From Acidimicrobiia bacterium (lineage in GTDB: Bacteria > Actinomycetota > Acidimicrobiia > IMCC26256 > JACDBD01), in contig DASUUL010000177.1 of the NCBI GenBank assembly GCA_036374115.1, positions 1 through 39,673 on the forward strand: DNA of 39,673 nucleotides. Direction: 5' to 3'. Shown in pieces: positions 1 through 11,284 of the stretch. The position numbers and the translations under genes are program-made. Below the pieces are notes generated by a model. That model was not told where the DNA came from. It did no database searches and saw only the letters and a list, made by a program, of their open reading frames with translations. The stretch's first letter is position 1, and every line of letters begins with the position of its first letter.

Positions 1-1
1 G

Positions 2-769
2 ATCGTCGGCGCCGTGCCGACATGGGAACAGGCGGTCCTCGCCGCCGTCCTTGCCGCGGGACCGGGTGCCGTCGCATCGCACGAGACCGCCGCTGCGCTG
101 TGGGGCCTCCCGGGCGCAGAGCGATCCGGCCTCGAGGTCACGACCGACCGACCGCATTGCGCTCGACTCGTCGGGGTGCGCTCCCACAGGACGCTGGCGT
201 TCCTCGCGGTCGAGCACTCCTCGCGTGCCGGCATACCGCTGACGAGCGTCGCCCGGACGTTGGTCGACCTGTCGGCTCGATGGTCGGTGAAACAACTCGG
301 GCGAGCGGCCGACCATGCCCAGCGGCGCGGGCTGCTGCGGCTCGAGCAACTGCGGATCTGCGTCGGTGGGCTCACGCCCGCCCCGGGACGGCGCCCCGGC
401 CGCATCCACGCACTGCTGGCCCGGCGCCTGCACGGATACGACCCCGGCGACAGCGATCTGGAGGTGCGGTTCGCTCGTGCGCTCGTAGCGGGCGGGCTCC
501 CCGAGCCGGTGCTCCAACACTGGGTGCGTATCGGGCATCGTCGGTACCGGATCGATCTCGCCTATCCCGACGCGATGGTCGCGATCGAGATCGATGGCTG
601 GGATACGCATCGCAGCCGCAGCGCATTCGACGCCGACCGTGCGCGGGCAAACGACCTCGTCGTCGCCGGCTGGCGCGTCCTCCGGTTCACGTCGTCGACC
701 ACTGATGGGGAAGCGGTCACGGTCGTCGCCGAAGCCCTCGGTGCGTTGACACAACGAGGTAGCGCATGA
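2..769 (+). CDS. DUF559 / Vsr-fold endonuclease-domain protein with AbiEi-like N-terminal region (5'-partial, probably continues left of the window)
   Basis: The frame is open from the window edge; the first in-window start is GTG 14. The translation shows SHETAAALWGLPG (AbiEi-type region) and a C-terminal DUF559 block YRIDLAYPDAMVAIEIDGWDTH...ANDLVVAGWRVLRF. Third positions are G/C-rich. Confidence 0.6.
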   Translation: MVGAVPTWEQAVLAAVLAAGPGAVASHETAAALWGLPGAERSGLEVTTDRPHCARLVGVRSHRTLAFLAVEHSSRAGIPLTSVARTLVDLSARWSVKQLGRAADHAQRRGLLRLEQLRICVGGLTPAPGRRPGRIHALLARRLHGYDPGDSDLEVRFARALVAGGLPEPVLQHWVRIGHRRYRIDLAYPDAMVAIEIDGWDTHRSRSAFDADRARANDLVVAGWRVLRFTSSTTDGEAVTVVAEALGALTQRGSA

Positions 770-789
770 GTGCAGGGTTGTGTCAACGC
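743..789. repeat. Perfect 13-bp inverted repeat with 21-nt spacer spanning the stop codon of the DUF559 gene
   Basis: gcgttgacacaac (743-755) and gttgtgtcaacgc (777-789) are exact reverse complements. The spacer contains TGA 767-769. Each arm carries TTGACA. Confidence 0.85.
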
Positions 790-813
790 GCCGGACGGGC
801 GTGACAGGCTGAC

Positions 814-2205
814 GTGATGGCTCGGGACCTCTTCACCAGCGCGCTCGACGAACGGCTGCGGCGCCGGGCGCCGCTGGCGGCCCGCTTGCGGCCGCGCACG
901 CTCGACGACGTCGTCGGGCAGGCGCACCTCCTCGGGCCGGGGAAGCCGCTCCGCGTGCTCATCGAGGCCGACCGTCTCTCCTCGGTGATCCTGTGGGGCC
1001 CACCGGGCACGGGCAAGACGACCATCGCCCGTCTCATCGCCGGGGTCACGGCGAAGGCGTTCGAGCCGCTCTCGGCGGTGTCGGCGGGCGTGAAGGACGT
1101 GCGGGAGGTCGTCGAGCGAGCCCGGGCCCGTCTCGGCGAGCACGGCCAGGGCACGATCCTCTTCCTCGACGAGGTGCACCGATTCAACCGCACCCAGCAG
1201 GACGCGCTCCTCCCCCACGTCGAGGAGGGGCTGCTCGTGCTCATCGGCGCCACCACCGAGAACCCCTTCTTCTCGCTCACGGCACCCTTGCTGTCGCGCT
1301 CGACCCTGTTCCGTCTCGAACCGCTCGGCGCCGACGACGTGCGGGCACTGCTCGAGCTCGCTCGCACCGACGGGCGCGGCCTGGGCGACGAGCCGGTCGC
1401 GATCGACGCCGACGCGCTCGATCACCTCGTCGACCGTTCGGAGGGCGATGCTCGTCACGCCCTCACCTCGCTCGAGGTCGCGCACGGCCTGGCGCTCGAG
1501 GCGGGCCGCGGCTGCATCACCCTCGACGACGCCGAGGCCGCCCTCGCGATGCGGGCCCTGCGCTACGGCGACGACGAGCACTACGACGTGCTCTCCGCCT
1601 TCATCAAGAGCATCCGTGGCTCCGATCCCGACGCCGGGCTCTACTGGCTCGCCCGCATGCTCGAGGCCGGCGAGGACCCCCGCCTCGTGGCTCGCCGTCT
1701 GGTCATCCTCGCCTCGGAAGACGTCGGGATGGCCGATCCCCAGGCGCTCCTGGTGGCCGATGCCGCCGCCCGGGCGGTGGAGTTCGTGGGGATGCCCGAG
1801 GCGGGCCTCAATCTCGCCCAGGCGGTCATCCACCTCGCGCTCAGCCCGAAGTCGAACTCCGTCGTCGCCGGGCTCGGCGCCGCCGCCGCCGACGTGCGCG
1901 ACACCCCGGCGGGGGCGGTCCCCGTCCACCTGCGCGACGCTCATTACCCTGGTGCGCGCAAGCTCGGCCACGGGGAGGGCTACGTGTATCCGCACGACGC
2001 ACCCACGGGGTGGGTGCCCCAGGAGTACCGGCCGGCGGAGGTCGCCGATCGCGTCTACTACCGCCCGAGCGGCCAGGGCGCCGAGGCCGGCGTGGGCGAG
2101 ATCCTGGAGCGGCGCCGGACCCGCGTCCAGAACCACCAGCGCGTCGACGACGCCGAAGCCGGTGGCGACGACTCCCGGGGCGGCGGGGAGCGTGACGAGC
2201 GGTGA
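814..2205 (+). CDS. rarA: Replication-associated recombination protein A (AAA+ ATPase RarA/MgsA)
   Basis: Walker A GPPGTGKTT, Walker B ILFLDEVHRFN, MgsA C-terminal block YDVLSAFIKSIRGSDPDAGLYWLARMLEAGEDP. Start is GTG 814 or ATG 817. Confidence 0.93.
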   Translation: MMARDLFTSALDERLRRRAPLAARLRPRTLDDVVGQAHLLGPGKPLRVLIEADRLSSVILWGPPGTGKTTIARLIAGVTAKAFEPLSAVSAGVKDVREVVERARARLGEHGQGTILFLDEVHRFNRTQQDALLPHVEEGLLVLIGATTENPFFSLTAPLLSRSTLFRLEPLGADDVRALLELARTDGRGLGDEPVAIDADALDHLVDRSEGDARHALTSLEVAHGLALEAGRGCITLDDAEAALAMRALRYGDDEHYDVLSAFIKSIRGSDPDAGLYWLARMLEAGEDPRLVARRLVILASEDVGMADPQALLVADAAARAVEFVGMPEAGLNLAQAVIHLALSPKSNSVVAGLGAAAADVRDTPAGAVPVHLRDAHYPGARKLGHGEGYVYPHDAPTGWVPQEYRPAEVADRVYYRPSGQGAEAGVGEILERRRTRVQNHQRVDDAEAGGDDSRGGGERDER

Positions 2206-2405
2206 TCAAGCGGCTGTTCTGGTTCACGGCGGGATTCGCCCTCGGCGTCTACACCACCTGGCGCGCCAACCAGGCGGTGCGTACGACGGTCGAGCGGTAC
2301 CTCCCCGACCCGGTCGTCGTCCGGCTGCGATCGCTCAACGACGCCATCGAGGCACGCCAGCGCGAGATCCGCGCGCGCAACCGGCCCATGCGCAGCGTCG
2401 GCTGA
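2202..2405 (+). CDS. Small (67 aa) single-pass membrane protein, family not recognised
   Basis: The GTG start overlaps the rarA stop (GTGA at 2202-2205). One hydrophobic helix LFWFTAGFALGVYTTW followed by a basic tail. Strong G/C third-position bias. Confidence 0.65.
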   Translation: MIKRLFWFTAGFALGVYTTWRANQAVRTTVERYLPDPVVVRLRSLNDAIEARQREIRARNRPMRSVG

Positions 2406-2428
2406 GCCGACCCGCACACGTCCGGCGG

Positions 2429-2434
2429 TAGCCT
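2429..2434 (+). promoter_or_regulatory. Candidate -10 hexamer (TAGCCT) for a leaderless alaS transcript
   Basis: A TANNNT hexamer lies 8 nt upstream of alaS ATG 2443, with no Shine-Dalgarno in between. The same cggTAGCCT string recurs before rpe. Confidence 0.4.
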
Positions 2435-2442
2435 GGAACTCG

Positions 2443-5109
<2,667 letters not shown>

Positions 5110-5127
5110 GCCGGCCCCCGCCGGACC

Positions 5128-5556
5128 ATGGCTCGCGCGCTCGGTGTCGACCTGGGCGCGCGGCGCGTCGGACTGGCGCTCTCCGACCCCGCGGGGGTCC
5201 TGGCCACCCCTCGAGGGGTGCTCGAGCGCAGCGGCGACCCGGCGGCCGACCATCGGGCGATCGTCGCCCTCGCGCGCGAAGCTGGAGCCGACACCATCGT
5301 GGTGGGCCTGCCTCTCTCGCTCTCGGGCGACGTCGGGCCGGCGGCCCGAGCGGTGCTCGACGAGGTCCAGGCGCTCCGGGCGGAGGCTGGTGAAAGGATG
5401 CGGGTCCAGACCCACGACGAGCGGTTCACGACGGTCGTGGCCGAGCGCGGCTTGCGCGCGTCGGGCACCCGCCGCCGTCGCCGGCGCGCCGTCGTCGACG
5501 AGGCCGCGGCCACCGTGATGTTGCAGTCGTATCTCGATCGGGGCGCCGCTCGGTGA
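5128..5556 (+). CDS. ruvX: Holliday junction resolvase-like nuclease RuvX (YqgF)
   Basis: 142 aa. N-terminal ALGVDLGARRVGLALSD and C-terminal DEAAATVMLQSYLD are typical of YqgF. Conserved position after alaS. Confidence 0.92.
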   Translation: MARALGVDLGARRVGLALSDPAGVLATPRGVLERSGDPAADHRAIVALAREAGADTIVVGLPLSLSGDVGPAARAVLDEVQALRAEAGERMRVQTHDERFTTVVAERGLRASGTRRRRRRAVVDEAAATVMLQSYLDRGAAR

Positions 5557-6977
5557 GCGACCACCGCCGTGAGTTCGACGACCGCGACCCACCCGACCGG
5601 GTCGACGGCGGGGGCGCCGTCCCGGGCCGCGTCGCGCCGGCGCGGCCGGTGGCGCCGCCGCGCCGGTCGTCACCGCGCCAGGGCTCGGTGCCGCCCCCCA
5701 GCCCACCCGACCCCCGCTTCTGGCCCGACCGCAGCCGGCCCCCCGGTGCCACCGACCAGCCGCCGCGCCGCCGGCGGCCCGAGCCGCGGCACGCGCCCGA
5801 CGCCGACGAGCTCGACGCCCACGACGTTCCCGGGGGCGGGGTCGGCGTCGCAACGGCCGTCGGGGGCGACGCACTCGACACCCGTGCCGGGCGCCGGGCC
5901 GCCGAGCGCGCCGCCCGCGCCCAACGCAAGCGCCACCGCCGCCGGAGCGTCGCCGCGCTGCTCATCGTGGGCGTCCTCGTGCTCCCGTTCCTCGTCGCGG
6001 CCGGGTGGTTCGTGTACCAGCTCAACCCGCCCGGAGGCCCGGGCGCCACGGTGCGGATCGAGATCGAAGAAGGGTGGGGCATCTCCGAGATCGCCGACGA
6101 GCTCGAGAGCAAGGGGGTGATCGGCTCTGCGCTCGCGTTCGAGCTCTACGCCAAGGCGCGCAGCGCCGGGCCCTTCCGCGACGGGCCCTACGAGCTGCGC
6201 ACGAGCCTCGGCGTGCGTGACGCGGTGTCGGAGCTCGAGGCCGGGCCCGTCCGAGGCGGGGCGGCCGACCTCGAGCTCGTCCTCGCGCCCGGCCTCACGC
6301 TCGAGCAGATCGCGCAGCGGGTCGGGGAGCTGCCCGGTCGCGACGCCGCCACCTTCCTCCAGCTCGCCCAGTCGGGGCAGGTGCGTTCGCGCTACCAGCC
6401 CACGGGTGTGAGCTCGCTCGAGGGCATGCTGTTCCCCGACACCTACCGGATCGCGAACCAAGACGGGAGCGAGGAGGACGAGCTGGCGATCCTGCAGAGG
6501 CTCGTCGCCGAGTTCGACGAGCGCGCCGCCGCCGCCGGCATCGACGCCGCACCCACCGTGATCGGGCGCACCCCGTACGAGGCCATCGTGATCGGGTCGC
6601 TGATCGAGCGCGAGGCGGGCGTGGACCAGGACCGTCCCCTCATCTCGGCGGTGATCGCCAACCGGTTGCGCGACGGCGAGCTGCTCCAGATCGACGCCGC
6701 CAACTGCTACGGCAAGCCCGGCGGGTGCGCCGACGCCCCGCTGACCGACGCCGACAAGCAGTCCGACTCCCCGTACAACACCTACCGGTTCCCCGGCCTC
6801 GTACCGACGCCGATCTCGAGCGTCGGCGAGGCGTCACTGCAGGCGGCACTGGCGCCGGCGGCGGTTCCGTACAAGTTCTACGTGATCGCCGACGAGTCGG
6901 GTGCGCACGCGTTCGCGGAGACGCTGGACCAGCACAACGCCAACGTCGCCGAGGCGCAGCGGAAGGGCCTCCTCTGA
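5553..6977 (+). CDS. mltG: Endolytic murein transglycosylase MltG (YceG-like) with long Pro/Arg-rich N-terminal tail
   Basis: The GTG overlaps the ruvX stop (GTGA). TM helix AALLIVGVLVLPFLVAAGWFVY. YceG motifs LEGMLFPDTY, GSLIEREAG, SPYNTYRFPGLVPTPISS. Confidence 0.9.
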   Translation: MSDHRREFDDRDPPDRVDGGGAVPGRVAPARPVAPPRRSSPRQGSVPPPSPPDPRFWPDRSRPPGATDQPPRRRRPEPRHAPDADELDAHDVPGGGVGVATAVGGDALDTRAGRRAAERAARAQRKRHRRRSVAALLIVGVLVLPFLVAAGWFVYQLNPPGGPGATVRIEIEEGWGISEIADELESKGVIGSALAFELYAKARSAGPFRDGPYELRTSLGVRDAVSELEAGPVRGGAADLELVLAPGLTLEQIAQRVGELPGRDAATFLQLAQSGQVRSRYQPTGVSSLEGMLFPDTYRIANQDGSEEDELAILQRLVAEFDERAAAAGIDAAPTVIGRTPYEAIVIGSLIEREAGVDQDRPLISAVIANRLRDGELLQIDAANCYGKPGGCADAPLTDADKQSDSPYNTYRFPGLVPTPISSVGEASLQAALAPAAVPYKFYVIADESGAHAFAETLDQHNANVAEAQRKGLL

Positions 6978-6994
6978 TCACTGGCGCCACCCGG

Positions 6995-7777
6995 GTGGTC
7001 GGGGTGGTCGGCGACCCGGTACAGCACTCGCGGTCGCCGGCGATGCACAACGCCGCGTTCGCCGCGCTCGGGCTCGACTGGGTGTACGTGGCGTTCCCGG
7101 CGCCCGCCGAGCGGGGCGAGGCCGCGGTGCGGGCCGTGCTCGACCTCGGTCTCGCCGGGCTCAACGTCACCATGCCCCACAAGGCGGCCGCCGCCGCCGC
7201 CTGTGACGAGCTCACGCCCGACGCGGGTGCGCTCGGCGCGGTGAACACGGTCGCGGTCGAGGCGGGCGGTCTCGTCGGTCACAACACCGACGGCGCCGGC
7301 TTCCTGCAGGCGCTCGCCGACGAGAACGTCACCGTCGCCGGCACGCGCGTGCTGGTGCTCGGTGCCGGCGCCGCCGCCCGGGCGATCGCACTCGCGCTCG
7401 GGGGCGCCGGGGCCACCGTCACGGTGGCCGCCCGGCGGCTCGACGCGGCCGGCGCCGCCGCCGAGCTCGCGGGCGGCACCGCGATCGGTCTCGCCGACGC
7501 CGCGGTCGAGGACGCCGACGTCGTGGTGAACGCGACGCCGCTCGGCATGCGCGGCGAAGCGCCGCCGGTCGACACCGGCCGACTGCGGCCGGGCCAGTTC
7601 GTCTACGACACCGTGTACCCGGAGGAGACGCCGCTGCTGATCGCGGCGCGTGCGGCCGGGCTCGCCGCCGCCGGCGGGTTGGGAATGCTCGTGCACCAGG
7701 GCGCGCTGGCGCTGCAGCTCTGGACCGGCCGTCCCGCCCCGGTGGAGGTGATGCGGGCGGCGGCGGTCAGCGGTTGA
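6995..7777 (+). CDS. aroE: Shikimate dehydrogenase
   Basis: GVVGDPVQHSRSPAMHNAAF, NVTMPHK, NTDGAGF, VLGAGAAARA. The start is uncertain: GTG 6995 is preferred, CTG 6974 and GTG 7004 are possible. The upstream part of ORF 6725.. overlaps mltG and is not coding. Confidence 0.88.
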   Translation: MVGVVGDPVQHSRSPAMHNAAFAALGLDWVYVAFPAPAERGEAAVRAVLDLGLAGLNVTMPHKAAAAAACDELTPDAGALGAVNTVAVEAGGLVGHNTDGAGFLQALADENVTVAGTRVLVLGAGAAARAIALALGGAGATVTVAARRLDAAGAAAELAGGTAIGLADAAVEDADVVVNATPLGMRGEAPPVDTGRLRPGQFVYDTVYPEETPLLIAARAAGLAAAGGLGMLVHQGALALQLWTGRPAPVEVMRAAAVSG

Positions 7778-8457
7778 CGGCGCTGCTCGTCATCGCCTGC
7801 GCGGTGGTCGGTGCCGGCGCCGGCGCCGCGCTCGACGTCGTCGTGACGAGGGTGCCGGCCCGCCAGCCCGTCCTCGCGAGCGCGGCGCGCGCGGAGCTCC
7901 GGCCGGCACGGGCGCTGGCGCTGGCCGCGGCCTGCGCGGCGCTGTTCGGCGCGATGGCGGTCCGCTTCCAGGGTTCCTGGGCGCTGCCGGCCTACCTGGT
8001 CCTGAGCGCGGGGCTCGTCGCCCTCTCGCTCATCGACCTCGAGCACTACCTCCTGCCGAACCGCATCGTCTTCCCGCTCGCGGGGACGACGGTCGTGCTC
8101 CTGGGCGTGGCTGCGATCGGCGACGGCGAGGGCAGCGGTGCGCTGCTCCGGGCCCTCCTCGGCGCCGCCGCCGGTTTCGTGGCGCTCGGCGCGCTGCACC
8201 TGGCGTCGCCCCGCAGCATGGGATTCGGCGACGTGAAGCTCGCCTTCGTGCTCGGGCTCGGCCTGGGCTGGCTGGGCTGGGGCGAGCTCGCCCTCGGGCT
8301 CTTCCTGGGCTTTCTCTACGGCGCCGTCGTGGGCGTGGCGCTCATGGGCCTCGGCCTGCGGGGCCGCAAGGACCACGTCCCGTTCGGGCCGTTCCTGGCC
8401 GCCGGCACCCTCACGGGCGTGCTCTGGGGCGACGCGATCCTGCGCTGGTACGCCTGA
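7774..8457 (+). CDS. Prepilin (type IV leader) peptidase family A24 membrane protein, no methyltransferase domain
   Basis: The TTG start overlaps the aroE stop (TTGA). Polytopic membrane protein with LIDLEHYLLPN and GFGDVKL aspartyl motifs. Confidence 0.82.
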   Translation: MTALLVIACAVVGAGAGAALDVVVTRVPARQPVLASAARAELRPARALALAAACAALFGAMAVRFQGSWALPAYLVLSAGLVALSLIDLEHYLLPNRIVFPLAGTTVVLLGVAAIGDGEGSGALLRALLGAAAGFVALGALHLASPRSMGFGDVKLAFVLGLGLGWLGWGELALGLFLGFLYGAVVGVALMGLGLRGRKDHVPFGPFLAAGTLTGVLWGDAILRWYA

Positions 8458-8485
8458 TTCCCACAGGATCGGGACCCCGCCCAAG

Positions 8486-8491
8486 TATCCT
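8486..8491 (+). promoter_or_regulatory. Possible -10 hexamer (TATCCT) upstream of aroC
   Basis: The only TANNNT in the 60-nt gap between the peptidase gene and aroC, about 32 nt before the aroC start. No convincing -35. Confidence 0.25.
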
Positions 8492-8523
8492 GAGGATCCC
8501 GTTCCCGCAGCTGAGAGGTGTGC

Positions 8524-9678
8524 GTGCTGCGCTTCCTGACCGCCGGGGAGTCGCATGGCCCGGCCCTGGTGGTCGTCGTCGAGGGACTCCCCGCCGGCCT
8601 CCCGGTCACCATCGACGAGGTCGCCGCCGAGCTGGCTCGCCGCCGGCTCGGCTTCGGCCGCGGGCCGAGGATGCGCTTCGAACGCGACGACGTCGAGTTC
8701 GTCGGCGGCGTCCGTCACGGTGCCACGCTCGGCTCGCCCGTGTCCCTGGTGATCCACAACACCGAGTGGCCCAAGTGGCAGGAAGAGATGTCGGCCGCGC
8801 CAGGGGTCACCGAGACGCCGCTGCGCCAACCCCGTCCCGGCCACGCCGACCTCGTCGGCATGCAGAAGTACGGCTTCGACGACGCCCGCAACGTCCTCGA
8901 ACGCGCCAGCGCACGCGAGACGGCGGCGCGCGTCGCCGCCGGGACGCTGGCGAAGCGGCTGCTCGCCCAGCTCGGCACCACGGTGCTGAGCCACGTCGTG
9001 CAGCTCGGCTCCGTGCGGGCGTCGACCGAGCGCCGCCCCGGCCCCGACGACCTCGCGGCCGTCGACGACTCACAGGTGCGCTGCTTCGATCCCGACGCCG
9101 AAGCGGGCATGCTCGCCGAGATCGAGGCGGCGGCGAAGGCGGGCGATTCGCTCGGGGGCGTCGTGGAGGTGCTCGGCTACGGCGTCCCCCCCGGGCTCGG
9201 ATCGCACGTGCACTGGGATCGCCGCATCGACGGCCTGCTCGCCCAGGCGCTCATGAGCATCCAGGCCATGAAGGCGGTCGAGATCGGCGAGGGCCTCGAC
9301 GTCGCCGGCCGGCGCGGCAGTGCCGCCCACGACGAGATCGTGTGGGACGGCTCCACCGAGCGCTACGCCCGGGCCTCCGACCGCGCCGGGGGGATCGAGG
9401 GCGGCATGACCACCGGCAGCCTGCTGAGCGCGCGGGCGGCGATGAAGCCGCTGTCGACGTTGAACCGCCCGGTGCTGCGGACGGTCGACATGGAGACGAA
9501 GGCGGAGACCGTCTCGTTCAAGGAGCGCACCGACGTCACTGCCGTGCCGGCGGCGGGCGTGGTGGCCGAGACGATGGTGGCGCTCGTGCTCGCCAACGAG
9601 GCGCTGCGCAAGTACGGCGGCGACTCGCTCGCCGAGGTCGTCCGCAGCCACGAGGCCTACCTCGACTCGCTGCGATGA
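8524..9678 (+). CDS. aroC: Chorismate synthase
   Basis: MLRFLTAGESHGPAL, RPGHADL, GGIEGGMT. SD-like GAGAGG (8513-8518) favours GTG 8524 over GTG 8518. Confidence 0.95.
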   Translation: MLRFLTAGESHGPALVVVVEGLPAGLPVTIDEVAAELARRRLGFGRGPRMRFERDDVEFVGGVRHGATLGSPVSLVIHNTEWPKWQEEMSAAPGVTETPLRQPRPGHADLVGMQKYGFDDARNVLERASARETAARVAAGTLAKRLLAQLGTTVLSHVVQLGSVRASTERRPGPDDLAAVDDSQVRCFDPDAEAGMLAEIEAAAKAGDSLGGVVEVLGYGVPPGLGSHVHWDRRIDGLLAQALMSIQAMKAVEIGEGLDVAGRRGSAAHDEIVWDGSTERYARASDRAGGIEGGMTTGSLLSARAAMKPLSTLNRPVLRTVDMETKAETVSFKERTDVTAVPAAGVVAETMVALVLANEALRKYGGDSLAEVVRSHEAYLDSLR

Positions 9679-10214
9679 CAGGCCCGCATCTCGTGCTCGT
9701 CGGGCTCATGGGAGCGGGGAAGTCGACCGTCGGCGCTCGCTGCGCCAAGCGGCTCGGCCGGCCGTTCGTCGACACCGACGATCTCGTCCAGATGGCTGCC
9801 GGCATGACCGTCGCCGACGTGTTCTCGCTCTATGGCGAGGGGCGGTTCCGGGCGCTCGAGCGCGAGGCGGTCGCCGACGCCTGCGCCTCGCCGCGGGCCG
9901 CCGTGATCGCCTGCGGGGGCGGGGCCGTGGGTCACGCCGACAACCGCCGTGTGGTGCAGTCGGCGGGGGTGGTCGTGTGGCTGCAGGCGCCACCCGAGGT
10001 GCTCGTCGACCGGGTGGGCCGCGGCTCGGCCCGAGCCGAGCGGCCGCTGCTCGTCGACGGTCCCGCGACCACCCTCGAGCGCCTTGCCATCGCACGCGCC
10101 GCCGCGTACGAGGCTGTCGCCGACGTGGTCGTCGACACCGGCGATCGGAGCGTCGACGAGGTCGTCGCCATGGTGCTGGCGGCGTACGACGCCCACCGGG
10201 ATGGGGAACATTGA
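9675..10214 (+). CDS. aroK: Shikimate kinase
   Basis: The ATG overlaps the aroC stop (ATGA at 9675-9678). Walker A GLMGAGKSTVG, then FVDTDDL and GGGAV. Confidence 0.93.
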   Translation: MTGPHLVLVGLMGAGKSTVGARCAKRLGRPFVDTDDLVQMAAGMTVADVFSLYGEGRFRALEREAVADACASPRAAVIACGGGAVGHADNRRVVQSAGVVVWLQAPPEVLVDRVGRGSARAERPLLVDGPATTLERLAIARAAAYEAVADVVVDTGDRSVDEVVAMVLAAYDAHRDGEH

Positions 10215-10219
10215 GGCGC

Positions 10220-11284
10220 GTGCGCGTCGACCTCGAGCCCGGCGGCTACGACGTCGTCATCGGTCCCGGCGCGCTCGCCGAGGCGGGCGGTCTCCTCGCC
10301 GGGCGCCGCCGGTGCGCGGTCGTGACCCAGGCGGCAATCGCCGAGCACCACGCGGGCGTGGTGCAGGCGGCCGTGCCGCGCTCGGAGGTCTTCCTCGTCG
10401 ACGACGGCGAGGGCGCCAAGTCGCTCGGCACCGTGGAGAGCCTGTGCCGGCGTTTCGCGGCGTGGGGGCTCCTGCGGGCCGACGCCGTGATCGCCCTCGG
10501 TGGAGGCGTCGTCGGCGACGTCGCGGGGTTCGCCGCCGCCACGTACCACCGGGGGATCGACGTGGTGCAGGCGCCGACGACACTGCTTGCGATGGTCGAC
10601 TCGGCGGTCGGGGGCAAGACCGGCGTGAACCTGCCCGAGGGCAAGAACCTCGTCGGCGCCTTCCACCAGCCCATCGCGGTGCTCGCCGACGTCGAGACGC
10701 TGGCAACGCTGCCCGAGCCCGAGTACCGAGCCGGGTTGGGAGAGGTCGCGAAGTACGCGTTGATGGGAGACGACGTGCTGACCGCGATGCTGCGCGAGCG
10801 CACGAGCGAGCTCCGTGAACGTCGCTCCGACGTCGTTGTCGAGGTGGTCGCACGCTGCGTCGCGACCAAGGCGGCTGTGGTGAGCGCGGATCCGTACGAG
10901 CGCCTCGGACGGCGCGCCACCCTCAATTACGGGCACACCCTCGCCCACGCGCTCGAGACCGTCGGCGCGTACTCGATCTCGCACGGCGAGGCCGTCGCCG
11001 TCGGCCTGGTGTTCGCGGGTGAGCTGGCGCGGGCGCTCGAACGCATCGACGCGGCCACGGCCGATGCTCACCGCGAGCTCGTCGCCTCCCTCGGGCTGCC
11101 CACGTCCACCCCTGGAGGGGCGAACGCCGCCGAGGTCGTCGACGTGATGCGCCGCGACAAGAAGGCGAGCGGCGGGCTCACCTTCGTGCTGCAGGGCGCG
11201 TCCGGCCTCGAGACGGTCGTCGACCCGCCGGCGCCCGCGCTCGAGCGCGCGCTGCGCGCCGTCGGGGTCGAAGGGTCCCGCTGA
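10220..11284 (+). CDS. aroB: 3-dehydroquinate synthase
   Basis: GGGVVGDVAGFAAATYHRGI, DSAVGGKTGVNLPEGKNLVGAFHQP, LNYGHTLAHALE. Start is GTG 10220, or TTG 10211 overlapping the aroK stop. Confidence 0.93.
   Translation: MRVDLEPGGYDVVIGPGALAEAGGLLAGRRRCAVVTQAAIAEHHAGVVQAAVPRSEVFLVDDGEGAKSLGTVESLCRRFAAWGLLRADAVIALGGGVVGDVAGFAAATYHRGIDVVQAPTTLLAMVDSAVGGKTGVNLPEGKNLVGAFHQPIAVLADVETLATLPEPEYRAGLGEVAKYALMGDDVLTAMLRERTSELRERRSDVVVEVVARCVATKAAVVSADPYERLGRRATLNYGHTLAHALETVGAYSISHGEAVAVGLVFAGELARALERIDAATADAHRELVASLGLPTSTPGGANAAEVVDVMRRDKKASGGLTFVLQGASGLETVVDPPAPALERALRAVGVEGSR

Noticed and set aside
562-2136. 524-aa minus-strand ORF antisense to rarA. Similar long antisense or alternative-frame ORFs occur at 7603-8994, 9932-11071, 14009-15148, 17348-18847, 20771-21829, 21826-22911, 27245-28537, 29429-30901, 32000-34033, 33054-34838, 34995-36656, 35791-37179, 36693-38099 and 37526-38854
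   Set aside because: Each overlaps a motif-rich gene on the other strand or frame and is dominated by R/G/P/A runs. They are GC-driven open frames, not genes.
2406-2442. T-box or other leader upstream of alaS
   Set aside because: Only 37 nt are available, far too short for a T-box, and no specifier/antiterminator features are present.
8464-8500. Short inverted and direct repeats (caggat...atcctg; ggatcggga/ggatcccg) upstream of aroC
   Set aside because: Arms are 6 bp or less with long spacers, within chance expectation. Only the TATCCT hexamer is retained, as a weak promoter candidate.
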